64,000 nt of DNA from Lama glama (lineage: Eukaryota): positions 22,260,001 to 22,324,000 of the forward strand of contig CM052817.1 of assembly GCA_028534125.1 (NCBI GenBank), in the 5' to 3' direction. This document shows, piece after piece, positions 38,452-51,100 of this stretch. The notes under the pieces are model-generated. The model saw only the letters and a list, made by a program, of their open reading frames with translations. It was not told the DNA's origin and made no database searches. Numbering within the stretch: position 1 is the stretch's first letter; every line of letters begins with the position of its first letter. A program made the translations under genes and the position numbers.

Positions 38452-39760
38452 AAGTCATCATCCAGAGGCACAGACTCAATAAAAGACTGAGACATCATTA
38501 GAGGACCATCAAATACTTTCCCTCCTGCCACACCTCACCACCACTTTCCCAGAGGCCTATTTATAGCACTTCCTTCTACCCCATGCATCACGTCCTGCTA
38601 TCACGGGAAAATAACAAGGCATAGCAAAAGGCAAAAAGCATTACTTGAAGAAAGTGCAATCACCGGAGCTAGATATGATAGGATGTTGGAATTATCAGAC
38701 CAAGAATTTGGAACAACTATGATTAGGATGCTAAGGACTTTAATGGATAAAGTCCACTGTGTAGAATAGATAAGCAGTGTAAGCAGAGATGGAAACCTTA
38801 AGAGAGAACCTAAAAGAAACACTAGAGATAAAAACCACTGTAACATATTAAAAATGCTTTTCATGAGCTTATTAGTAGATTGGATGTGGCTTGAAAAAAA
38901 TCTCTGAGCTAAAGGAGACATCAATAGATTCCTCAAAAACAAAAAAACAAAGTGAATCAAGACTGAAAAAAAAATAGAACAGAATACTCAAAAGCTGTGT
39001 GATGACTAAAAAAAATGTAACATATGTACATAACAGCACACGAAAGAGAAGACATACAGAAAATAACAGAAGAAATATTTAAAACAATAATGGCTGAGAA
39101 CTTTTCATATTAATGTCAGACACTAAATCACAGATCCAGGAAGCCCAGAGAACATCAGGAAGAATAGATGCAAAAAAAGCTATGCCAAGGTATATTTTCA
39201 AATTACAGAAAATCAAAGATAAAAAAAAAATTTCTTGAAAGTATATAGAAGGGAAAAACAGTTTACTTATAGAGAAACAAAGATAAGAATTGAGTCTAAC
39301 TTCTCAGAAATCATGCAAGGATGAAGAAAGTGGAGAAAAATATTTAAGATGTTGAAAGAAAAAAAATCTACCAGCCTAGAAATCTGATCTCTGTAAAAGT
39401 TTTCTTCAAAAGTGAAGGAAAAATAAAGACTTACTGAGAAAAACAAATATTGAGTGCATTTGTTGTCAGTAGATCTGCACTGCAAAAAAATGTTCAAAGA
39501 AATTGTTTAGAGAGAAAAAATACAGTATAGGTCAGAAACCAGAAACTCAGATCTACAAAAAGAAAGGAAGAGCATTTAAGTGATTTGTGTTGATTATAAT
39601 CTGTCATTGTATGTATCTTACTTAATCCTTGGTAAAAAATATACCACACTGATGAGTGACATTGACAAGGGGGGGAGGCTATGCATGTGTGGGCGGCAAG
39701 GGGTATGTGGGAAATTTCTGTATTTTGTTGTAAACCTAAAATTATTCTAAAAAATAGTTT
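38452..39760 (+). mobile_element. old LINE-1 (L1MC-like): 5'/ORF1 region joined directly to a 3' terminus
   Basis: Degenerate ORF1-type sequence (gaagaaatattt...atggctgagaac, cagatccaggaagcccagagaaca, aacttctcagaaatcatgcaag) to ~39580, then L1 3' end gggggaggctatgcatgtgtggg...gtaaacctaaaatt. Confidence 0.7.
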
Positions 39761-39769
39761 AAATATATC

Positions 39770-41760
39770 TTAACTTTGACCATTCTTTATAAAAACTCTA
39801 CATTTTTACTTCTCTCCCAAACATTTTATGTTATTAATATCGCATTTTGCATCTTTTTATTATTACATATTCATTAACAAATGATTGTAGGTATAGATAT
39901 GTTTAATACCCTTGTCTTTAAATTTTCGTACTAGAGTTAAAAGTGGCTTACACACCACTTATTACAGTATTAGAGTATTCTGAATTTGACTGTATACTTA
40001 CCTTTTGCCAAAAGCTATCTATATACCTACTTCTGCTTGATCGATACTGCTATTGAAGTGCTCTATTAAATTTTTCAGATCAATCATTGTATTCTTCAGC
40101 TCCAGAATTTGGTTCTTTGTTATGCTTTCTATCTCTTTGTTAAATTTTAAATTTTGTTTATGTATTGGTTTCCTGATTTTGTTTAGTCATCTGTGTTCTC
40201 TCATAGCTCACTAAACTTAAGATGATTATTTTAAATTCTCTGCCAGGCTAATTTTTTTTCCCATCTTGCTGAGTTACAATCAATACGTTTTAACAGGGAT
40301 TCTATGGTTCAACCTCTTCAGTAACTGACAACCTTCATGCCACACAGAAATTCTGACCAGCAGCAAATCGACAGCAGATTTAAGCCGAATGAGGCCAAGG
40401 GGAGAGCCCTGGGGCCCATCACCGGAGCCCCAACACTAGCCGTTATGAATAAGCTGTTTTGCAGTATCTCTGCAAGAGCCGCCTGGCTCCCTTCCCGGGC
40501 TGGCCGCCTCCTTTTTGGTCTGCCTCGTCATTGTGTAAGTTCGTGAGAGTCGGAGCATTCTGCTTGATCTCCCAGGCATCCACGAAGGCCTTGGTGAAGC
40601 CGATGCCGTAGCGGGTTTTGGCAGAGCAGCCACCTCACTTCCAGCCCTGGTCCCGGTGGTACTGGCCTCGGTTCTCCTTGTCGCAGCCACAGTCGCTCAG
40701 GTTGCCCTGGGTACATACATCCCCATTTTGGGGATCAGCTCTTGGGGCTTTAATGTCTTCAGTTGGTGGTAGCGTATTTCCTTGATTCTTAGTGTTGCTT
40801 GAAGCCTTCCATTGCTGCTTTCACATTTGAGGAAGCAGTCCCCTTCTCTGGTCTTTACTGACTGGCTTCAGAAGAAAAAGACCATTTAGTCCAGCCAGAG
40901 ACTCAAGGAATATCTTAGACTTTTTCTATGGATAAGAAAACTCTGCTCTATTCCTCTTTCTCCCTCTTGGGAGAGAAGTTTAAGGATTGTGTCTGTTTTC
41001 AATCCTGCAAAGCCAGCTGGATGCTGAGAAACTTGCACTGATTATTCCTAAGGCTGTGCTCGGAAGTGTCCCAGGTCTGTGCATCCTCCCAGTCTAATAG
41101 AGTCGAGCTTTATGCTCGTATCCCTGTGCCTTCTTGGGGGATCCATGTCTGTGGAAGCTTGTGCCACCCTCTGCAGGGGAGCATGGGGCACTGACAAAGA
41201 GGGGCATGCCAAGTACTTGGGGTACATGCCAGCTAGTTGAAGGGGTGTACAGGTGAGGTGCTCTTGGGGCTCCTGGGTTGGCCTCTTCGTGGAATCTGAG
41301 AGCCAGTTAGTAGAATCTGCAGCCAGTTACTGAGCTCCATGCTCAAGTTGCTGTGAGCCTCTGCCCCTTTCCCCTGCTCCCAGACTATTCAGTCATGCCA
41401 GTCGCTCGGTTTTCTGGAAGGGGTGAGGAAAATTTAGATCTCTTGAGCAGCATTTTCCAGATCTGGGGAAGCAGGGAGATCACGTCACTCTCCCTTTTCT
41501 CCATGCAGAAATTGTGGGCTGGAGGTCTTCTTTGGCACAGAACTGTGCCAACTGGGGAGAGGCAACATGCAGGTAAAATGAAACTGTTCTTATCCTCTTC
41601 AGTATGTCTATTCCTGGATTTTTGGCTCCACTGAGATGCTGGAACCTCTTAGCTGGATACCTAGATGTCTATAAAAATTGGTGGTTGTTAAAATTAGTGG
41701 TTTTGTCAGGATTTAAGTGCTGGAATCTCACAGAACACAATCTTATTGACATCACTTCTC
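39770..41760 (-). mobile_element. old LINE-1 5' region (spacer, ORF1 remnant, 5' UTR) hosting the WNT7A retrocopy
   Basis: cattgtattcttcagctccagaattt...tttctatctctttgttaaattt is antisense ORF1; GC-richer 5' UTR at 40900-41760. Confidence 0.7.
40252..40715 (-). pseudogene. WNT7A: 5'-truncated processed pseudogene (retrocopy) fragment of WNT7A: exon-3 portion joined to a non-canonical 3' segment and A8 tail
   Basis: Minus strand 40715->40512 translates [67 protein letters not shown]. This matches recalled WNT7A ([68 protein letters not shown]) at 54/68 positions, with WNT7A-type rather than WNT7B-type residues. TGG->TGA stop at 40635-40637. T8 at 40252-40259 is the A tail on the minus strand. 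It is a GC/CpG-rich island interrupting an L1. Confidence 0.93.
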
Positions 41761-44204
41761 TTCAACTTTCTTTTATTGATTCCATGTATATCAAATGATT
41801 TCCTGGTAAAACTGTGGGTCCTCACGTAGCTTTGTCTATTGAGAGGGAACTCTTTTGTCAATTTCAAGTAAATATTTCAGTTCTTATAACAATCAGCTTT
41901 GTTTAACAGGTTTAAATACTAATCTAGGTGTTAGTTAATGTTAGTTTGCCCCTAATGAAACTGAAATGATTCTCAGGTATCTGGGCAGGAAATGCTGACA
42001 CTGAGAATCTACTACTAATAAAATAACTGAGAAAATGATTCCTGGTGTTTCTTGATAGTCAGGTCTACACAGCTCCTGTTTGGCAAAGCATAATTTAGCT
42101 TCCAAAATTTTGAAGCTCTGTGGATCACCAGTGAAAGGCTATATTTATGTACACAAACATTAAATATAGAAAGTCAACATTTTCAGTCTTTATTATTTTA
42201 TTTCCTGGCATAATCACGTTTCTAATGAAATGGTATTCACAAATATTGGTACACACGGTACAGACAAATTAGAAAAAAACTTAAATTTTCATTCACAGTT
42301 TGCCTTCTTTTCATCAAACATATTATATAAATGTTTTATTTTAGGTATGCTGTGTTTCTTTGTATTCATAACATCATCACTCAAGATGCTAATTACTATG
42401 GTGGACATTTATGTCATTAGAATGGCTTATAGTTTAACAGATTGTTATAAAATTGGATCTTATCCTTAAGCTCCAATGTCTGTATGGCTCTGATAATTTT
42501 GAAAATGCCATCACCATTGTACCTAACCTGAGGAAATGAATAAATGACTATCTGCAGTCCTGGATTTATTTGTGCTTTTATATCGCTGAGGGCATGGCTT
42601 TAGTATAGTTCACAGAATATGTCAAAGACTAATTGTGAAATATTTGGCTGTAAGGTGATTTGGATGTCCCTGATTAGACAATATTTGCATATGAGATAAT
42701 CAACTATTTTCAATCATAATTCGTGTATAAGTCCTCATTATTTAGGGTTGATGTTTGACTGGAATTATGCCTATGTGCTGGCATAATACCACTTTGAGCT
42801 CTTCCCATATTTATTCTGCACACTAGAAAAGGATATTAATTAACTGAAAGTTATTTTTTTGCATGTTTTAGATGTAAAGAAGCTTGCTCTACAAATTTGT
42901 TTATAAATATGTTAGATAACCATTTCATAGTTTTTTAAAATATGAGAGTCTTTTATTTACATCTATAGAATTGTTAAGATCATTCAGGTACTGATATTTT
43001 CTAAAAAGTCACCATACTTATTCCTTAAATGAAATATTTTGGTTAAAGTTTCAGTGCCAAGTCATACCTATGTTCCTTTATGATTCTGTATGTGCATGAT
43101 TTTTTTTTTTCTTTTCAATGTCAAGAGGAGTAAGATGTAGTTGACACGAAGGAATATCTGCCTAACTCACAAAAGCATGCCCATGAAAACAGCATGTCTC
43201 TGATATCCCCACATTGGGGAGCTACTCCTTCCTCACTGCAGCCTTGAGATTCTAATGTTGGAGAAGATTATAGTGCCTGCTTCCATGTGCAATGATTTTT
43301 GATCCAAGGAATATATCCATGATCCATGATCCATGAGCAGAGGTTGTCAATCAAATTGTATCTCTTGGATTTTTCAAAGGATTTGGAGAGTGTTTTATTT
43401 CTGATAGTGAATATGGGAAGAATAAGTTCATACCTGCACATGCCATGTGAAATAAACTAGGATGAAAATAAAGCTGATGCTTACAGAGGGGAGGAGATGA
43501 GAGTTAAAGATACTATCAATGGCCTTAAAGTACTTTCAAATCTTTCCTGAGGTCAGATCTACAAATGCTTTGTCTGCTATTTGATTTTCTAACTGGTAAA
43601 ACCCTCCTTTGTTGCATAGTTCAAATTAGGCTTATGAACTCAACTGAATTAAAAAGTGGAAAAAAAAAGTACTGGTCATTGATCAAACAGTATAGTTCAA
43701 TAGAATTAAATAATCACCGAAGTTACCTTCCTTGTCTTTTCAAATGTGTTGCTCTGAAGCTAGATCAATATTTGCAACACCAGAGGTCAACCTGAAATGG
43801 TATCTTTTTACCCATCGCTCGTTTTTTATTATCTCTCCCTGGCTTTTACACATACACGGTGAACACATTCACACTGGAGATGTTACCTCTTTAAGATTGC
43901 TCTTAGACTTGATAGATACGTGGGGTGGGTGAGGAGGAAGAACATATTGGGAAAACTAAATATTATATATATCAGAAGAGGTACTTTAATATTTTGAGGC
44001 CTAACCTCATTGTAACAACTGAATACTACAAATGGAAAATAACAAATAGTACTATTTCAGATTATGACAATGATTTCAAAATCATTGCACCAATTACAAA
44101 GATTAAAAAAGTTGAAAGGACTCACGAGGCTCCTTACAGTTTGCTTTTGTTACTGCTTAATAAAGGTTAAGTACATAGTGCAACAGAAAGACATACAGGA
44201 AATC

Positions 44205-44612
44205 ATTGTGAGTCCAATTATTTCAGGCTCAGTACTGCCTCCTCCCCAGTTTCCCTTCTCAGTCTCACAAGACTTCACAGGACTTCATCTTCAGACTATG
44301 AAATCCCAGGATTTTAGACAGCTATATCATTGTAATTCAGGGACACCCAGACAAATATTTATAGTAGGGTATTTCACACACAGCTGGTCACATAACTCAA
44401 GCCTAGTTGTGCAAACGATCTAATTGAACATCCCCCAACAATGTAGAACAAGCTGTCACTAAGCTTTAAACAGCATATTATGATGCACAAGTCATTCTTA
44501 TCTTGCTCAAGGGTCAGTATATCACTTCCATGAATCCTGAGAGACAAGCATCAAGCTGTTCCAGTCTGGCTACCTGATAACCCTGTCTTATATAAGCATC
44601 AATTACATTATA
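44205..44612. mobile_element. possible old ERVL-type LTR
   Basis: Composition and layout only; termini are degenerate. Confidence 0.3.
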
Positions 44613-44859
44613 TGAGGATATAATCTGTGTGGAGGAAGCAATTTAAAAGGAATGGGAAATTGATTTAAGAAAGAAAAGACCAGGCTATACTTGATGTCAG
44701 CAAAGATGATTCTCTTGGATTATCATTATTTTCTCCCTACTTTCTTTTTCTTTTGATTGCTTCTCCTCTATTCAATAATTTTAATCAATTTTTTTGCACC
44801 TAATTTACATATGACATACATTTTAAATGTCAAGTCTGATGACTGTTTTCCCGATTTAT

Positions 44860-46399
44860 GTGTTTTTATGTTGAAATGTATTTCTTGTATAACTGTGTAA
44901 ATTTAAGTCAATTTTATACATTTATGTATTGTGATATTATTACCTTGTAGACTTAGCTTACACCGCTATTATGTCACATAATTCTCGTTTTTTTGTTGTT
45001 GTGATGGGAATAATTAAGATGTGGTCTTTTAGCATGTTTGATGTTTATAATACAATGTCTATAATTATTATTCTGTGCATTGGATCTCTGGGATTTATTT
45101 GTATTAGTTGCAAATTTGGTTCTTAAACAACATCTTTCCTATTCCTTCACCCCCAGACCCTGGTAGCTATCATTCCACTCTGTTTTTATGAGTCTGGCTT
45201 TTTTAGATTCCACGTATAAGTGATATTATATAGTATTTCTCTTTCTATGTCTGACTAATGTTGCTTAGCATAATGTCCTCAAGATCTATCCATGTTGTCT
45301 TAAATAGCAGAATTTTATTCTTTCTCATGGCTGAAAAATATTCCATTGTGTGTATATAAAATATATATTTATAAAGTCCATTAAAATATTTTATTGTATA
45401 TATAATGTATATTATCATATACATTTCATCTTTGTCCTTTCACTTGCTGACAGGCACTGAAGTTGACTTAGGTTGTTTCCATCACTTGGCTACTGTAATT
45501 ACGCTGTAATAAATGTGGGAGTGCATGTGTCACTTTGATATCCTGTTTTCATTTTCTTTGGGTTTACACCCAGAAGTCAAATTGCTGGATCATAATGGTA
45601 GTTCAATTTTTAATTTTTTGAGGAACCTCCATACAGTTTTCCATAGGGCTGCATCAATTTAAATTCTCACAAACAGCATACAAGGGTTTCCATTCTTCCA
45701 CGTGCTTGCTAGCACTTGTTATCTCTGGTCTTCTTGGTGGTAACCATTCTAACTGGTGTAACGTGATATCTTGTTGTGGTTATGATTTTCATTTCCATGA
45801 TGATTAGTGATGTTAACCGTCTTTTCATGTACCTGTTGGCCATTTGAATGTCTTCTTTGAAAACATTTCTATTAATTACGCTACCCATTTTTAATTGGCT
45901 TGTTTCGAGTTTTTGTTCCTGTTTTATTGAGTTGTATGAGTTCTTTATATGTTTTAGCTTTGCCCCTTATCAGACATATGGCTTGCAAATATTTTGTCAT
46001 GCTGTAGGTTACCTTTTCATTTTGATTGTTCTTTTGCTGTACAGAAACTTTGTTCGATGTAGTCATTCTTACTGATTTTTACTTTTGTTATTTGTGCTTT
46101 TGGTGTCATTCAAAATCATTGCCAAGACCAATGTCAAGGATCTTCCGTCTTGTTTTCTTCTAGGAGTTTTGGTATTAGAACCTACTTCTAAGTCTTTGAT
46201 CCATTTCAGTTAATTTATGTGAGTGGTGTAAGATATGGGTCCCATTTAATTTTTCTGCTTGTGGTTTATCCAGTTTTCCCAATACTGTTTGTTGAAGAGA
46301 CTATTCTTTTCCCACTGTGTGTCCTTGGCTCCCCTGTACAGTGTTAGTTGACCTGATGGAATTTTGTTTTATTTGTCTATGTGTTTATTTTTATGCCAG

Positions 46400-46465
<66 letters not shown>

Positions 46466-48178
46466 GTTAATAACTATAGCTTTGCAGTACAGTTTGTAAT
46501 CAGAAAGTACGATGCCTCTGGCTTTTTCTTTTTTGTGATTGCTTTGGCTAGTTAGGGTCTTTTGTGGTTCTGTAAAAATTTTAGGATTGTTTTTCTATTT
46601 CTGTGAAAATGCCATTAGAATTTGGGGATTGAATTAAATCTAGAGATGACTTTGGGTAGTATGGACATTTTAACAATATTAATCCTTCTTATCCATGAAC
46701 ACAAAAGTATCTTTCTGTTTGTTTATGTCTTCAGTGTCTCTCAACAAAGTCTTATAGTCTTATACAGATCTTTCACTTTCTTGGTTAGATTTATTCCTAC
46801 GCATATTATTGTTTTTCATGCTACTGTGAATGTGACAGTTTCATTATTTCTTTTTCAGATGTTTCCTTGTTAATGTTTAGAAATGCAACTGATTTCTGTG
46901 TATTGATTTTATATCCTGTGACTTTATTGAATTTGTTTATTACTTCCAATAGATTTTTGGTTAAGTCTTTGGGATTTTCTATATGTAAGATCCTATCATC
47001 TGCAGATAATAACAATTTTACTTCTTTCCTGCCAATTTGGATGCATTTTATTTCTTTGTCTTACCTAATTGCTCTTGCTAGGGCTTCCAGTATTATATTA
47101 AATGGGAATGGTGAGAGTGAGCATTCTTATCTTGTTCCTGGTCTTAAAAGAAAACCTTGAATTTTTCACCATTAACTCTGATGTTAGCTGTGGGTTTGTC
47201 ACATATAGCTTTTATTATGCTAAGGTATGTTTTTTTCTACAGCCAAAGTGTTAAGGATTTTTATTATGAAAGGACATTATCAAATGCTTTTTCTGCATCT
47301 TTTTGATGATCATATGAGTTTATCCTTTAATTTGTTAATGTATCACATTTATTGATTTGCATATGTTGAACCATCCTTGCATCCTGGGGATAAATCCCAT
47401 CTTGTCGTGGTATATAATCCTTTTAATATGAGGTTGAATTCAATATATATTTTATTGAGGACTTTCTATTGATGTTTGTAAAAGATATGGGCTGTAGTTT
47501 CTTTTCTTGTAGTGTCTCTAACTTTGGTATCAGGATATGCTGGCCTCATAGAATGAGTTTGGAGTTTGCTCTATAATTTTTTTGTAAAAGTTTGAGAAGG
47601 ATTGATGTTAGTTCTTTTCTGAATTTGGGACATAATTAACCACTGATGCCATCAAATTCAGGGCTTTCCATTGTCAAAAATTTTTTGATTGCTAATTAAC
47701 TCTCCTTACTATTTATAGATTTATTCAGATTTTTCTGTTTATGATTCAGTCTTAGTAGGTTTTGTGTTTTTAGGAATTTGTGTATTTCATCTGGGGTATC
47801 CAATTTGTAGGTGGACAATTTTTCATAATACTTTCTTACAATTACTTTGTTTCTATAAAATCAGTAATAATATCTCTACTTTTATTTCTGATTTTAGTAT
47901 TTTGAACCTTCTCTTATTTTTCAATCCATGTAGGTAAAGATTTGTTACTTTTCTTGTTATTTTTGGAGATCTAACTTTAAAAAATTTTTTTCTGTTTTTT
48001 TAATTTCATATTTTATTCATCCTGCTCTAATCTTTCCTTTCTTTTATCTGGGAAACTTAGGTTTATTTTATTCTTATGTTTTTAATTCCTTAAGTTGTAA
48101 AGTTAGTTTATTGATTTCTGTTCTTTCTTGGTTTTTTAATGTAAGCATTTGTAGCTATAAATTACCCTCTTAGCACAA
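44860..48178 (-). mobile_element. LINE-1, ~3.3 kb of ORF2 plus 3' UTR, degenerate
   Basis: ORF 46821..47015 LLSADDRILHIENPKDLTKNLLEVINKFNKVTGYKINTQKSVAFL is the ORF2p RT region; continuous antisense L1 motifs. Confidence 0.92.
46400..46465. repeat. (TAC)22 perfect trinucleotide microsatellite within L1
   Basis: Direct reading, 66 bp. Confidence 0.97.
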
Positions 48179-51100
48179 CAAAGCATACACACAACACCAA
48201 CACTAGTCACATTAATAACAAAGTTTAATTTAATAACAAATATGATATTTTTATAACAAAAACATGATTATTTATTATGTAATAATTTATAGTAACTTGA
48301 GTATTTTTAAAATATTTTTTAAAGTTTCCTCGATCTTCTTTTATATGTATATGTACAATTTTACACTTAAAGTTTTAAATCAATATGGGATTTGTTTTGA
48401 AATATGAGATCCAATTTTAACTTTGTTCCAGATAGATAGCCAATTTTATCTTCTTTATTTATTTAATTACTGAACAGCAAATAATACCACAATCTAAGAC
48501 ATTAAACAAAATGTATTTTAAAAAAAATTGAAAGAAAAAGAACATGAAATTGGGAATCCACCAATACAAAATGTCTGAATCATCTGTTGATATAATACAA
48601 TGTAAACTGGCAGGCAGCTATGAACTATAAATTCAACTGGGGTAGCTGCAAAATATAAGATTAGAATAAGGTATGTAACATTGCTCAATTTTTCTTACAC
48701 AAATAAGAATTATCCAATTCTATTTTACATATGCTTTCATATTTTTATGATTATGAGTGTGATGAGTGCTACTGTCTACAATGAAGGAATGCAGTATATC
48801 TGGTATACTGGTTAAGATGATTAAGATTGGTGAATGAAGAAAAGAAAACATGTATAATCTGACTTCACTGAAGTAAAGCTGTTTGTGTGTGTGTGTGTGT
48901 ATAATGAGATACATGAAATATAGTCTTGGAAAAGTTAAATGTTTATATCATGAAGTGAGGTTTTAGGTGACTTCTACTTTCTTCACTATATGTTTACATA
49001 ATTTTTTAAAACTCACCAATAAATCTATTTAATTATGCAATAAAAAATTCTCATTGGAGAAAAGGAAAGTAAAGATATCACATAATTAATAGCTGTATAT
49101 ATACTTAAAAACTGGTAGGCTATTGCAACAGATAGTTCTAAAAAGAGACAAACTTCTCCTTATTTTCTTTTATGTACATAAATAATGACTACTTTACTAG
49201 TTCCAGACATCAAGAAATTACAACAAAGTCTTTGTAATGCCTAATTGCTTTTAATTTTAAAACCAAAATCCAAGATACAGTATTAACATGTTTATGAACA
49301 AGTTTGAAGTTGTAGCTCAAGTCCTAATGGGAAAATGATTGGTTAGAATGATTGAAAACAACAGAAACCTACTTAAATTGTTCCTATATTTTTCTATGCT
49401 GTCCCATGATCAATAGAATAAAAAAAATGAGAGAGCCCTTGGGTACTGAATTATTAAATCAGTAGCTTAATTGCATTTCCATAAATTGTCTCATGTGCTT
49501 TTATTGCCTTGGGGTGCTGGCAGTACCAATGAACTGTGACAGCAGTATTTCTTCAGAACCATCAAAAAGGCACTATAGGAAGTAGGCACACACATATAAC
49601 ATCATGATTTTTCTACATTAAATATATTTTTTCTCAGCACATACCCAATTAGATATGGCATGGTGATTAAGAAATTAAGTTTCTGTATGTCCTTGTATAA
49701 TTTATTCTATGCCCTTTTGGCCCTTTAGCAAACAAGAAAACAACATGTGGAAATGACTGATAAGGCACTTTCAAGCACTCCATGGAACTTTCGGTAAATA
49801 CAGAGAGTGCAGCAAAAACTGATTATCAATAATGGTAATTGGAGATCCATGCCTTATTTGCATACACTTAATGAAAATGTATATTATTCATGTCCTATGA
49901 AACTTGAAAAAGATCAATAATCAGAAATGGTAATATGTCCCACATTTAGGCTAAAATTTAAGTAGAATGGCCTAGATGACACAGTCAAATATAAAATCAT
50001 ATTTCAAATTTTGTAATTTTTTTCAATCATGGACTCTGAATGACACTTATATTAATAATAGCCTTTAATTTGTAGGTATCTCAATAAGCAGATCTCCCTT
50101 AAACAAAGTAAAGCTTTTTTTATAAATTTATTTGTAAATGTCCATAAAATTGTAAGTTGAGAGGACCCCTTACCCTGATATAATTGCTTTTTATAGTACA
50201 TATGATAAATATAGCACATACTATTATTAATTTCAGATGACATAACGTAATTTATGTCAGCATTTTAGGAAGGAGCAAATTGCCTATTATAAAATAATCA
50301 TAATACAAATAAGTTGTATTATTAACAATAGATAATATATATAGTAAATTTCTGGCCACTTTATTATGTCAAGAAGATAAACAGTTACTAGTAGTTATTA
50401 AGCACATTTACGTGTCGGTAATTGTAACTGATAACTCAGCATTACTAGTAGGTAGGTGCTATTACTATCACAATTTGTAGATAAAGAGATAACTTATCCA
50501 AAGTCACACTGTTAAATTCAAACCTCAGTTCCTTACGACAAGAAAGTTTATGTAAAAACATCATGCTGCTCTAACCCTCAAAGCCACACCTTTTATAGCT
50601 TCTTTTTTTTCATACACAGTCTAATTAATATAATATATCTCACATGGAATCTAAATAGTGAAAAGTTTAATTATGTATTCAAAGATTTTTACTGGAGGAG
50701 ATATTTCTTCAGAAGCTTGATTTTCCATAAATGATTGCAATTATAATTATGGGCAGTTTCAGTCCCTTTGCGTGCAGGAGGACACTAGTTATGTGATCTT
50801 AGGCTTAATTTATTTTTATTATGTTAATGTTGCACGTTAAAAGTCGTATGTATGTATAAATCTTAGTGTATTGATAGGGCATTCCTGGAGTGAAAAAAAC
50901 AACATCTTATTAATTTTTCTTTATTTCTCACTAAAAGTTAGTCCAGCACCTAGCAGTTAACATTCAATAAATGGTTGAATTGAATTGTTAAATGGATGCA
51001 AATAGAGAATGCAGCAGGCACTGGCTTTCTGAAATTTCCAAATATGTATTCCCTATCTCATCCTTGTTGAATATTAATCTTGGGAAATTCTTACTGACAA

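Noticed and set aside
40512..40715. Real WNT7A exon of a gene spanning the window
   Set aside because: It has an in-frame stop and many substitutions, begins mid-exon with no acceptor, has no GT donor, sits inside an L1, and no other Wnt exons are seen.
46317..46555. Poly-Thr / poly-Tyr ORFs
   Set aside because: These are translations of the (TAC)22 microsatellite.
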